From the NCBI RefSeq assembly GCF_036321535.1, contig NC_087436.1:118360001-118424000 (forward strand): a DNA stretch of 64,000 bases, given 5' to 3'. The translations under genes and the position numbers were made by a program. The notes under the pieces were generated by a model. It searched no databases. It had not been told where the DNA came from and saw only the letters and a program-made list of their open reading frames with translations. Each line of letters opens with the position of its first letter. Within the stretch, counting starts at the first letter, position 1. This document shows, piece after piece, positions 1 through 12,014 of the stretch. Origin of the DNA: Camelus dromedarius (lineage: Eukaryota).

Positions 1-410
1 TGTGCATCCATCCCTAGATCCTCTGGCCTGTGTGCTCTGCTGTCACAGGTTTGCCCCTGTCACTGTCACAGGCTAGCCCCTGGGCACTGGAGCCTTCTTG
101 TTGGCACAGATTGCTAGAAGAGCTTGAGAACTCTCCCCTGGCCATTTCCACCCCTCACCCCAGAGCCAATAACCCACCAGTCAGGGAATATAAAAGCCCG
201 TACCTTCAGCTGGGGCGGGGCACCCCTGAGATGGAGTCTGCTTCAGCACCCCCTCTAGGGGGGTGGCTGCGGCTGGCGCTTCACCTGCGATCAGAATCTG
301 GTCCAAGCGAAGAAAACAGTCATGAGGAATGCGGTGAACCAAACAATGCGTCCCTGACTTCAGGAAGCCGGCTGAGAAGGGTGATTTTGTTGATGGACGT
401 TGATGGTTGG

Positions 411-755
411 TGTTGTTTTTTGTTTTGCATTAAACTTCATTTTAATGGATCTCAAAACTCTGTGACAGATTTTTGGTCAAGTTGTTGCCATTAAAAAGTA
501 CTGATTTTAAAAACTAGTAACTTAAAACTGCCACACCCAAAAGAAATGGTCCACAAAGCGTTCTCCTTTCCTTCTGAAGGTTTTACAATGCATTGTTATC
601 ATTAACCAGTCTCTTACCAGTAAATTTAAACGGCCAATTGAGACAGACAATCCTGAGACTGTTCTCCCACCACTGATTAAGACTGGCGTGGTGGTAGGTG
701 TTGGGAATAATCCTTTAGCCTTCTGAGCTTCCTGGGCAGACTCAGTGACCATTGC
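411..755 (-). pseudogene. EEF1A1: 5'-truncated processed pseudogene of EEF1A1 (last ~13 codons, full 3'UTR, poly(A) remnant)
   Basis: Minus strand reads VTESAQEAQKAK (EEF1A1 C-terminus VTKSAQKAQKAK), then recognisable EEF1A1 3'UTR (CTTAATCAGTGGTGG...TGGTTAATGATAACAATGCAT...CTTGACCAAAAATCTGTCACAGA), ATTAAA at 446-441 and an A-rich tail. Confidence 0.9.
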
Positions 756-2424
756 TGGGACTGAGGGAGGGTGAACGCCTGTGTTCACGACTCTTGGCCA
801 AAGGTGGGGGTTGCTTCAGCCATCTTCCAAAGATGCGCATTCTCCGTGGACCACTCCCAGCCTGCTTCTCAAATGCACTGATCTGCCCTCAGGTGTGGCG
901 CCTAAAGGAAGTGGGCGGATGTTCAATGGCAGGTGGCCCACAACCCAAAGGTCCCCTGAGCATCCTTCTTTGTGTCACTTCTCTTGGAAACAAAGAGCAG
1001 AGGCCAACATACAAACAAGGCTCTCAGCTGGAGAGAGGTCCAGTTCCCTCTGTCTTCTGACAGTCTGCCTTGAAGAAGTAGGTGTTTTTTTGTTTTGATG
1101 CTTTTGTGTTTGTGAAGGTTTTTTTAAATCTTTCCTAAGAAAACAGAACTGAGCATCAGTGAAAAGCGGAAGATGACAAGCGTAGTGGATAAAAGCTGCC
1201 TTTTCCCATCCTTCTGCCTTTCCTGACGGCTCCCAGCTGAGACGAGGCGAAATGATGAAAAGGTAAAGGACGCGAGAGAAGGGGGGTGGGGGCTGAGCGG
1301 GGAGCTCAGCCCCCGTAGTTCCCCTTACAGTCTGATCTGACAAGACGCCTTCCAGGGGGCCCCGCTCCTCACACATTACCTTCCTCCGTCCTCACAACAA
1401 ATGTGGGAGTCATTTTCTTCCCCCATTAGAGACTGAAAAATTGAAATCCAGGGAGGTGACAGAACTTGCTTGAGGTTGTTCAGGTACTGAAAGAACCCAG
1501 ACCTCAAAAATGAGTTCCTTCTTACTGGGTGGCGAACATCCTAGGGATGCGGTCTCACCCAGCCTCTCCTCATCCCAGCTCTTCGGGCAAATCCCGGGAG
1601 GGCTCAGTGAGATGATGCAGGCTAAGTAAACACGCTGCGCAGCTCCCTAGGGCCGGAGGTGGCGGGGCTGCGGCTTCTGTTGCTGAGGTGCTGCTGGAAC
1701 CGTTACTGTTGTTGTTGACATGCTGATGGTGCTGGTGCTCACAGACCTGTGAAGTCACTCCTTCTGTTACAGGTTTCCGAGTCAGTCTAAACTTCAGCCA
1801 GCCATGACTTTGCAAGGAGAAGTTTATTCCCTACTCCTCATATTTCCATAAGGGCAAGAGAATGTCCATCCCACTCCCAGGGAGGAAAAGTCACGAGAGC
1901 GGAGACTTCAGCTCTCTTTGCCTCGTCGCTGAGCTGGGAGTGCTCGCCTCAGACCCCCCTTCTCAGTGAGCTGTCCGGTGTGCCCTGTCGAACAGCCCCA
2001 CTGACGGTCTGGGTTAGATTTGAACTCATCTCAGATGTGTGACTTACTGTGATGGGGGCAGGCAGTCTGCCTAACAGGGAGTAAAGTAGGAGGTCACCCA
2101 TGCGGCCACTCAGGTCGGGTCCAGGGACCAGTCCAGCCTTTAAAGCCTATGCTTTCATCTCCATCTGGCACAAGCCTGCGTCTTAGTTAATTCAAAGTTG
2201 GGTGTTATTTTGCCTCCAAGATAACCACAAATTTGTCACGATAAAATTCAACTTAATTTTCACCTTCCCAAAGAAGTCTTCTCTTATTTCTACAGCACAC
2301 AGTGATCTTACCCACTTGTGAATCTCGGTAGCAACTCACTATTTACATTCCGACGTGTATGCTGTGAGACACGTGAACCCAGCTAGACTGTGTGCTCATT
2401 CCTGCCGAAAGTACACCCTAAACA

Positions 2425-2948
2425 TCGTCACATGGAAGCAACCTAAATGTCCATCAACAGATGGCTGGATAAAGAAGATGTGGTGTATACATACAATGGA
2501 ATACTACTCAGCCATAAAAAAGAATGAAATAATACCATTTGCAGCCACATGGATGGATCTGCAGATGAAGTAAGCCAGAAAGAGAAAGAAAAATACCGTA
2601 TGATATCACTTATATGTGGAATCTAAAAAATAAAGCCACAAATGAACTAATTACAAAACAGAAACAGATTCACAGACATAGAAAACAAATTTATGGTTAC
2701 CAGTGGGGGAAGAGAGGATGGAGGGATAAATTGGGTGTTTGAGCATTTGCAGATACTAACTACTATATATAAAATAGATAAACAACAAGTTTCTACTGTA
2801 CAGCACAGGGAACTATTTTCAATATCCTGTAGTAACCTACAATGAAAAAGAATATATCTATGTATCTGTATGACTGAAACGTGATGCTGCACACCAGAAA
2901 TTGACACATTGTAACTGACTATACTTCAATAAAAAAATAATAATAAAG
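2425..2948 (+). mobile_element. LINE-1 3' fragment (ORF2 C-terminus + 3'UTR + A-rich tail), relatively young
   Basis: Translates to TWKQPKCPSTDGWIKKMWCIHTMEYYSAIKKNEIIPFAATWMDL (L1 ORF2 end); ends TATACTTCAATAAAAAAATAATAATAAA. Confidence 0.9.
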
Positions 2949-4659
2949 GCTTGGCCAGGAGAACCTAACTCATAGCAATGGGGACTAAGGGGTTAAAGAT
3001 CATTTCTGGGAATTTTTCTTCCTTAGATTGTCATTCTGGGCTAATAAATTTCCTGTGATCTTGTCGGAAGTGGGGCATAGAATCGCATCCTGCTAATTTA
3101 TCAAATTAACATGTTTGGGCTTCATGTTCAGTAACTGCAAACATCTCACCCCGTGCAGCCTGTGTGGAATTATTTTCCAGACGCGACTGCAGTGAGTGAT
3201 GAAGGTTTTTATTGGTTTTGGTGACTCCGTTGGCCGCAGAGTTTTGCTGTCCTGGTTTTCTTCCTGTGTCTCATAGAGATCGGTCACTTCGCGCAGCATC
3301 TGGTATATAGAAAACGCTGGATTCCTTTCACATGAACAGAGAGAACGGTGGGTGTCCCTAGCAGGATGCTTTTACTTTCTCTCGTCTCCATGCTCTGAAG
3401 AAAACAAGAAAGAATTATTTTTCTTAGTTGTCTCCCTCTTTTGCTTTGGTCAGCTGTGAAGATGCTGCAACTTTCAAATGCGTCTCCTCCCTGACAAGCC
3501 TTAAATAATGAGTAATACCCAGTGGGCCTCCCAGCACCGCTTTAAAAACATTAGAGACCTCCCAGACTGCCCACTCTCCAAAGGGTCTGACGATCAGGTT
3601 TGGTGTCTGCGACACCCAGGAACAATGTCCAAATGCCACTTCTAGATTGTGTGCCATGTGAGAGAGAATAAAGCTCCTCTCTTATTTTCCCCACTAATGT
3701 CTGATTCTTCTGTTACAGGCAGCAGGAGGCAATCTCTAATTGAAACTACAAGTGTCTGCAGATCACTCACATCTACCCAATCACAGCTCAGCAGAAAACT
3801 GGTAAGAAGAACTAACTTTATGATTTACTATTGTTATGTGAAGTCGGTTTTAGATACTCCTAAACCAGAACTATGATTAGAAGGTAAATTATAAAAATTA
3901 TTTTCTTTATGTCAAATCTCTGATTTTTAGATATCATTTTGTGCTCTTATCTGATTACAAAGGCAATAGAGATTCATTTTAACAGATTTGGAAGCTACTG
4001 AGAAGCATAGAGGGAAAAATCAAAGAAAATCATCTGTAATCAATTCTCCAGGGGTAAGTAATGTTAACAGTTTGCTTTACTTCAAGTTCTTTTCATATTT
4101 CTATATATTCACTTGAAAAACAAGGCTCTTTCCTTCCTTCCTTTTCTCCTTCCTTCCTCCCCCCTCCCTTCTTTCCTGTTTCATTAATTAATCGATTAAC
4201 TTATTTACTGAACAAACATTGATTGAATGCTGAACACTGTTACCTCATTTAAGTCTGCGTCTTTTAGCTTACATTATTTGTTAAAGCTCTCCCATGTCAT
4301 TAAGTATTCATCAACCCCACTACACAACTGAATGGGAACAATAAAACAAATACAGAGCACTTAACCTTACACTGTTGCAGAAGCATCATTACAGCTCCAC
4401 CAGCCATCATTTCTTGGGCCCTGAACACATGCCAGGCACGGGGGTTTGCTTTGTCCTCTCACCCTCACAGCACCTGTGAGACAGGCACTAGGTCACACCC
4501 TTGTACTTACAGGTGAGTAAAATGAGTAGTGCAGAGGCTGAGAGACGCATCCACAATCCCACAGTTCAGCAGGGGCACTGAGGGGCCTCACATCTAATCC
4601 AGGTCTGTCTCAGGCGATGCGCTTCCTTCTCCAGCTTCCGAATGCAGAAACTTGGTTGG

Positions 4660-6900
4660 TTGATTTTAGATCTTTTGTCTTTCCTACTACGTGCATTTAA
4701 CGGTATACATTTCTCCACAAATACTGCTTTTGCTGCATCCATACATTTTGTTAAGTTATATTTTCATTCAACTCAAAATATTTTAAAATGTTTTGAGACT
4801 TCTTAACCCATGTGTTATTTAGATGTGTGCTGTTTAATATCAAATACTTGTGTGGTGTTCCAGCTGTCTCCCTGTTTTTTTATTTCTGGTTTAATTACAC
4901 TGTGGTCTGATAATATACTTTGAATAATTTCTATTCTTTTAGATTTTTCAGTTGTGTTTTACAGCCCAGAATGTGGTTTACCTTAGCGAATTTTGCATGT
5001 GAACTTAAGAAGAATGTATATTCAGCGGCTATTAAACTGTGTATTTCTCCTTGCAGCTCTATCATTCTTGCCTTATGTATTTTGACACTTTATTGTTAGG
5101 TGCATATATATTTAGGATTGCTATATCTTCCTGCAGAATTGACCTGTTTACTGATACATAATGTCTTCTTTATCCATAATGATTTCTTTTGTTCTGAAGT
5201 CTGATTTGCTTCAGGTTGTATAGCTCCAGCTTTCTCTAAAAAAAAAATTTTTTTTTAATTGAGTTATAGTCAGGTTACACTGTTGTGTCAATTTCTGGTG
5301 CACAGCACAATTTTTCAGTCATACATGACTATACATATATTCATTTTCATATTCTTTTTTCTCCACGAGCTACTGCAAGATCTTGAAGATATTTCCCAGT
5401 GCTCTACAGTACAAACCACAAGGAATGTCTGTCTCCATCCCTGTGCTTAGCATCTGTCTGAGTTCGGGTCTTGGCTAAACTCTCTCGGTTGGCCTGTCCC
5501 TCCAGATTTCAGGGTGGGGACTTGCCCTGTGACCTCAGGTCTCTGAAGGGCCCCAGAAAAGACAAAGGTTTCCAGTTTGTTCAGCTTTTCTTCTTGTTAG
5601 AAATACAGACGTTCTGACTTCTAAGCTCTTTATGTGTCTGAACTGAAACTAGACGTGTTCTGAACACTTTTTATATTTTCCATTTCTGTTATTCACGTCA
5701 TATTTCCTTCTTTATTTTGAGCATATAGGGAATGTATAATAGCTGATTTAATGTCCTAATATGCTAATTCTTTCATATCTGTCATTTCTCAGTCAGTCTC
5801 AATGGATTGGGTTTTTTTTTTTTTTCATGTTTATGAGTCTTATATTCTTGCTTCTTTGCATGCCTGGTAATTTTTGATTGGATGCCAGACATTGGTGATT
5901 TTACATTTACTGGGCGCTGGATTTTATTGTATTCCTTTAAGTGGCTTTGGACTTTGTTCTGGCATATTGTTAAGTCACTTGAGATCAGTTTAAATTGTTT
6001 GAGGCTTGTTTTCTTCTTTTTTTTTCTTTTTAAAGGCTTTATCAAGATAGAATTTACATACCATGAAGTTCACCCACTTAAAGTATACAGTTCACTGTGT
6101 TTTTATTGTATTTACAGAGCTGTGCAAGCATAAGTATAATCTAATTTTAGAAAATTTTCATTGCCGAAAAATGTACCCATCAGCCATTACTCTCCATAAT
6201 CCCCATGCTCCTGCCCATCCCCCCAGACCCCAGGCGACCACTAATCTATTTTCTTTCTCTACAGATATGTTGAGACTTGCTTTTAAGCCTTGTTCTGGTG
6301 AGTACAGAGCGGGTAATTTATTCCCATTACCAAGGCAGTGCCCATCAGAGGACCAGCTGACGCATCACCCTCTGGCTGGTGGGAGTGAGACCTGTTCTCA
6401 GCCCTTGGGAAGCTTTGGGAATTGTTTGGAAATTCTTTCTGGTGGTTCTTTCTTCCCCCTGACAGTTTTCCCTCCTGTGCACACAGCTCCGTATTCAGAC
6501 AAGAGACTTAAGGGGACCCTTCTGTCCATACTGGCTTGTTCTCTCTCTGTCTCTGCCCCCCTTTCTGTGTCTCTCCTTCCTCTCCATATTCTGCCTCATA
6601 AATTCCAGTTGCCTCAGTCTCCCTGAATTCTGTTCTCTGTCTCCTCAACTCAAGGAGACTGCTGGGCTCTGTCTGGGTTTCCCCTCCCTGATCGGCGGCC
6701 TTAAAACTGCCTCCAGGCACCAAGTGCAGGCAGGTGTGGGGGGGGGGGGGCCCTCCACTTACTTCCCTTCCTTCAGGTGTCAGCGTCTCGTGCCGCCTGC
6801 TGCTCAGTGTCTGAAGGTAGTTCTTGCCTATGTGTCGGCCAGCTCTCTGGTTGTTTAAGTTGGGAGTTTAAATTCAGTCTCTGTTACCTTATCATGGCCA
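4660..6900 (-). mobile_element. Mosaic of old L1M-type fragments with nested L1 3' ends (about 5248-5415 and 6030-6265)
   Basis: T-rich antisense L1 motifs (TACTGCTTTTGCTGCATCC, TGTGGTCTGA, TTAGGTGCATATATATTTAGGATTG). 5248-5415 is the reverse complement of an L1 3'UTR like that at 2800-2935. Confidence 0.7.
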
Positions 6901-7639
6901 GCAGCCCTTCCATATTATCTTGAAGCAAATCTCTAACAGCACATAATTTCTTCCATAAATATTTCAGTATGTTTCTCCAAAAGATAATGGAGTCTCTCTT
7001 TTTTAAACATAACTATACAGTTCTAGCCAATTATTAATTCTAGGGAAAACAAAAAGTTACACACACAATAAAGAAATTAATTAAAATGGCCTACATGACT
7101 CAGCTCCACATAAAATTTTAGTAGTTATAATAATAAAAATGTTGAGTATTTACTGGAATTTGTGTTTTAATCGCATTACATAACTGGAGAGGAAGGGCGT
7201 GTGGTGTCTGTGTGTGTATGTGCGTATGTGTGTCTAAGACAGCTAAATTCACATCTTCTATACTAGAAAGTTTATATATATTATGGATAATACAGCACTG
7301 AGAAGTTGCAGTATGTTCCAAAAAATATAAATGTTAATGGCACAGAAACAGCTAAACAACTGAAAGTAGTCACTCCTGGAAAAGAAGAAATTAGAGCTCA
7401 AATTTGAGCTCAGGTCCTTTCAGTTCAAGTTCCCTGGAGCTTCTCTCTCACAAATAGGCGTCTGTGTCTTGTGGCAGGTGCAGCCCTTGTAGCAGGGTCA
7501 CTGTTTGGACCACAAAGCTGAATTTTGTGAAGACGTAGAAATATAATAAGTAAATCAGCAACGTTCATTCATAAATCAGCAACCAACCTTTTACTGAACT
7601 CTGTGGACACAGTATCCAATGTCGTCACTCTTTGCCATC

Positions 7640-7780
7640 CCTCCTCTAAGGCAGGTATTAGGATTCTTGTTTTACAGATGAGGAGACTGAGGTTCAGAGT
7701 GGTAAAGGGGCTTGTTCAAAAGTTGCAGAGCCAGGATTTAGACCCAAGCTACCTGATTCCAAAAGCACAGGCTTTCCCCA
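7640..7780 (-). mobile_element. MIR SINE
   Basis: Core TTTTACAGATGAGGAGACTGAGGTTCAGAG. Confidence 0.75.
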
Positions 7781-8109
7781 ACACGTCTTCGTGTTTCTCG
7801 TGTGGTGAGTTTAGAGAATTAAATCAGTAGCTGGACTCCTGTCTGTTAACTTAGGGAGTTATAATTAGGTTCAGATGCTGTATTTTGAACAGCTTGAGCA
7901 CCTCCCGCTGTTGTGAATAGTCTATTCAATCAGTCTTCAGCCCATAATTTTGAGTTATTTTTTGAAATCTGTGTGCAGTCTACTTTCAACTGTACATAAT
8001 TCTAGCACCAGGGAATCATTAGAAAGGCAGGTGGGTCACCTTCAAGGACCACGTAAGGACACAGACGTGGGCAGCCCACACCTGCACCAAGCGCTTTATG
8101 GACCCAGTT

Positions 8110-8260
8110 TCATCCAATCCTCCTAACAAGGGGTTCTCACCACCATTTTGCTGATGAGGAAACTGAAGCTCAGGAAGGTCAGGTGACTTGCCTAGCAAGC
8201 ACAGCTCACAAGCAAGAAAGCAGGACCCGAACTTAAATTGACTTACATCAAAGACCATGC
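8110..8260 (-). mobile_element. MIR SINE
   Basis: CCATTTTGCTGATGAGGAAACTGAAGCTCAG...GTGACTTGCCTAG. Confidence 0.7.
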
Positions 8261-9347
8261 ATTTTCCACTCCACGATCCTGTGTGTGAAAATCACTGCTC
8301 TTCCTGTCCTCTCTCTGCTCACTCTGACCTTCAGATGGGAAAACTGACCGCTCTTCTTTCTTGGATTTGAACTTCTTGTTTGTACATATCTGCTAATGCA
8401 GTCATACAACCCACTGGCAGCCTTAAGACGGTACACGGCCACCTCCCAGAAGAAATGCGATCCTCAGAAGAGGTCCCCGCTCACCGCGCTGCGTGCCTGC
8501 TGGTAGGAAACCGCAAATAAGACCTGACCTTCCGGTTGCCAAAAGCAATGGGATGAGTCGTGGCAGAGAAGGGTTTTAAGTGAGGACACCTGAACTCAAA
8601 GCCAGACTTCCTCCTTTCTAATGGTGCCATCACAGGCAGGTTACTTAAACTCTGAGTCTCAGCTTCCTTGGCTGTAAAATGGGAGTCGTGACCCCCACCT
8701 GCTGGGGGGTTGATGAGGATTAAGATGCGGGTTAAAGCAGCTGGAAGGGTCTAGCAGCCGCTCTCAAGGAACACGTGCTTCATCAGGATTCCTTGCCTTC
8801 CTCTCCCTGGTGACCCGATTCCCCTCCCAATCACCTTGTGTCCTCAGGAAAGGCCTGCTGTGATTGTGTTCCTTGCCTGGCTCTCAGGAAAGCTGAGACC
8901 ATGATCCGGTCCAGCCCCAGTGGGACCTCATTGGCTCAACTACCACCGTGAGGATGATGAGGGTCAGGGCACAGGAAAGCACTGAGACACATGAGGACCT
9001 GTGTGTAGTCAGTTTGTTGGCAAACGGGTGAGGACAGGAGTGTCCACTGATGGAGCAGGAGAAGGCACAGGAGTTTGGGGCTATAGTGGGAGTCCTTCTT
9101 GGTTAACTTATTGGCTTTATGATCTCGCACTAATCACCTCACCTTCTTAAGCCGCTGAGTTTTGTGATGTGGGTTGGAGATGGTACCGCCCTGTGGCCTG
9201 CACATCTTCTGGCCACTGGAAACACAGAGAGCAGATCTCTGTCAAATACCACAGTGTGGGGCCAAAACACAAGAAGTGATTAAAAATGAACAGTCCCTAC
9301 AGAAAGCAAAAACGAGCTTCACCGAGAAGAGCTTTGCATCAAATGCA

Positions 9348-9353
9348 TTTATT
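9348..9353 (-). terminator. Probable EVC2 polyadenylation signal AATAAA
   Basis: First minus-strand AATAAA I found after the stop codon (~430 nt downstream), followed by a U/GU-rich tract (CTCGTTTTTGCTTTCTG). Confidence 0.7.
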
Positions 9354-9695
9354 TTCAGAAGTTCCCTTGATAAAAAAAGAACATGTAAGAAACATACAAC
9401 GTAAGAACGGAGAGCGTGGCCTCTGACACACAGCCCAACCTGCAGGCAGACGTTGCGGGGATGTGAGTGGGGGCTGGGGTCTCCTCCAGACCCTCGGCGA
9501 GGTGGGACTGAAAGCAACCAGCGTTCACAGGCTGGGCCTCTGTCTCTTCATGTCCCTTGTGATGCTGAAGAGAGTGGCCCATCTGGGAACGCACAAGACC
9601 AGATTAAACTGAGTCACTGAGAGCCGTGGAGGGAAGGCGAGGGTTGGGGGGTGTCTGTGTCTTCTGCACGTGCAGTTTACATCTGCAGGTTGTAC

Positions 9696-9698
<3 letters not shown>

Positions 9699-9742
<44 letters not shown>
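9699..9742. repeat. (AC)22 microsatellite in the EVC2 3'UTR ((UG)22 in the mRNA)
   Basis: Direct count of a perfect dinucleotide run about 40 nt after the stop codon. Confidence 0.95.
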
Positions 9743-9744
<2 letters not shown>

Positions 9745-9781
9745 GCAGGAGAAAGCAAATCTGTCTTCAGACTCCTTTGGG

Positions 9782-10049
9782 CTAGTTCATGCCTGAGGCC
9801 CAAGTGGCCTTTTTGGCATTTAGAAAGTTCTTCTTTTTCCTGGGGGGGACATGCAGTGAGATCTCCGGCTCCCTGGGATTTCGGAAGATAAAGAGCTTTT
9901 CGCCGGTGTTGAATAAATCAATGGTTTCTGCCCCTACAATGGGCACTGGGGCCAGTTCGCCGACGGACTCCAGGGACAGGTGCGGCCAACTTCCTTTTCC
10001 AGAGAATGCCATCCTCTCTCTGAGAGTGGGACACGTCTTCTTTAATATG
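9782..10049 (-). CDS. EVC2: EVC2 last coding exon (exon 22 equivalent), 268 coding nt including TAG; carries the W-peptide tail
   Basis: TTCTTTCTTTAG|C ATA...; ILKKTCPTLRERMAFSGKGSWPHLSLESVGELAPVPIVGAETIDLFNTGEKLFIFRNPREPEISLHVPPRKKKNFLNAKKATWASGMN*. Confidence 0.97.
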
Positions 10050-11912
10050 CTAAAGAAAGAACAGAAGATCAGATTCGACATTTTTGGCAACTGACCCTAC
10101 CGAGTGTCCCAAAAACTTCCTCAAGGAAAACCCCTTTGGGTCCCTAGGTCCTCAGTCAAGTGTCATTTTAAATAAAGGTTCTTCCCTTTGGTTGCCCCGG
10201 GATGAGCTGAAGCCTGTGGCTGTGGTGTGCTGCAGACAGCGCTCACCGACTCAGGACTGTTCACTTTTCCAGAGTTTTGTGAACCTGTCAGCAGCTTGGA
10301 ACCAGCCAGGGTGGGAGGGTTTCACACGATGGAAGTTGGCAAGAGCTACAGATCAGAGCTCCTCTCTTCCCCCACCGTCCTGGACGAGTGTGAAACATTT
10401 ACTATGACACTGCTGCCCGTGGGCCTCCCACTCAAAGCAGATGGATAGAACCTGATTATAAAGCCCAGTCAGAAGTTAGGTAAAACGTGTTGGAAATAGA
10501 ACAGAGTGACAGGCTTTGGAAATATCCCGAGAAAGGACGGCCGTGATCCTGCCCGTGAGCGGTCCAGCCCCTAGATCCCGGCTGCACTTGCTAACGGCTC
10601 TGACTCCCTCTGAGAGCCCTGGACAGCCTGAAAGCCACAGGGTTGTTTGCCCAAGCAGTGCGGGACGGGGCCAGGTCACTGGGGGCCGATCTGCCGGAGG
10701 CTACTGGAGGGCTTGTGGGCTCTTCCTGAACAGACGTAGCGGATCAGGCTCCACCGCCACCACCACTGACTCCTGCCTCTGCAGCGGGTATGAATCTGAG
10801 TAAGGATTCACAGACTCTCCTCCTCCCACCATCCGTCCACAGGGCCTGGAGGGAGAGCAGGACACTGCCAGGAGCACAGGGAACCGGGACGGTGCGGCCA
10901 GCGCCCCCCTGGCCTGTACCCGCGCCGCTGACGCCTGTGCGCCCAGGACCGCCTTTGCGTCCCCACCTCCACCCTGAGCAGCTGACCTCCGTTCCTCGGT
11001 GGAGCGCTTCACATTTACACGGCTTGAATTTCACTGTCTTGCTTTGTGCTCAACAACCGCATCTAATTTCTCTGGGACTAAATTCTGATTCCCAGCCTAC
11101 TGTGATCAATGGCTCCTAGACTTTAATCGTGGACGGTTCAGGAAGTTTGGTCTTAGCACCTTCACCGGAGCTCTGAGACACTTTGGAAGGGGCAGGACTC
11201 GGATCAGACACTTCCCTTGGACATCGGCTGTGTCCAGAGCACCCTTTGGATATCACTTTTTAACCTATTCCCAATCTGCCTGATGTGACTCTTCCTCCAA
11301 GTCCCCTCTACGGGGAAACGGGGGAGTTGCTTGGTCTCGTGTTTGTAGCGAGCTGAAGCCACCCTGCCTCTCACCTTCCTCTGTTCTCCAGATGTGCAGC
11401 AACCAAAGCTAACAGAGAAGGGCACTTGGCAGAGGAAACTGAGGGACAAGAGCGGGGACGTAAGGCCACGACTTCCCGCCTGCAGGCTGGGCCTCTGCCT
11501 CGGGCTGCTCTGAGCTGGGGAACAGTGGCGGTGGGACCTTCCCCACTTTCTGGAAAGCGGGGAGGCTCCATGCGGCGAGACAGGAGATGGCTCTGTCAGC
11601 TATGGAGTCCGCACATCTATAAAGAATTATTCTCCATCTAATGGGAGCCCATTTAAAAAGAGCCATTAGTTAAAATAAATCCCGCAATTAAAATGCTAAT
11701 AAAAATCAGGAGAATCTGCTCCCACTGACAGCCAGAGGCTTATCTTCAGCTTCTAAACAAAGCCTGCTTTGAATAAAGATTGTGGTCCTTAGGGAAGGAG
11801 TGTCGTTGGTGAGTTTGCAGTAACCCTCCCTTCGCGGCCCCCCCACCTCCCCTCAGGCTCACAGGCAGCCTGGCTGACCCCTCCCAGCCCACCCAGCAGA
11901 CGCCCTCCTTAC

Positions 11913-12014
11913 CGCTCCTTCCTCTCCTGAGCCCAGAGCATCTTTTCTAATCCTCTGCTTATCAGTTCTCCTCGAAGTTTGCTCTCCAAGTCCTGCCACC
12001 AGCCCTGGTGTTTC
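11913..12014 (-). CDS. EVC2: EVC2 coding exon (exon 21 equivalent), 102 nt, phase 2-2; correct frame not in ORF track
   Basis: CTCACCTTCAG|G...GGAGCG|GTAAGG; hand-translated KHQGWWQDLESKLRGELISRGLEKMLWAQERKE(R). Confidence 0.95.

Noticed and set aside
1570..1815. Minus-strand ORF with HQHHQH/NNNS/AAAPPPP runs resembling a transcription-factor low-complexity region
   Set aside because: It is a degenerate trinucleotide tract next to a MIR-like remnant, with no recognisable domain or supported exon structure.
5882..6626. ORFs of 83-187 aa
   Set aside because: They lie inside decayed antisense L1 fragments and match no protein I recognise.
6738..6750. G13 homopolymer
   Set aside because: An isolated run within old L1 sequence; such runs are common and error-prone in assemblies.
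7394..7411. Perfect 18-bp palindrome GAGCTCAAATTTGAGCTC
   Set aside because: Expected by chance about 64000/4^9, or 0.24 times per window, and has no supporting context.
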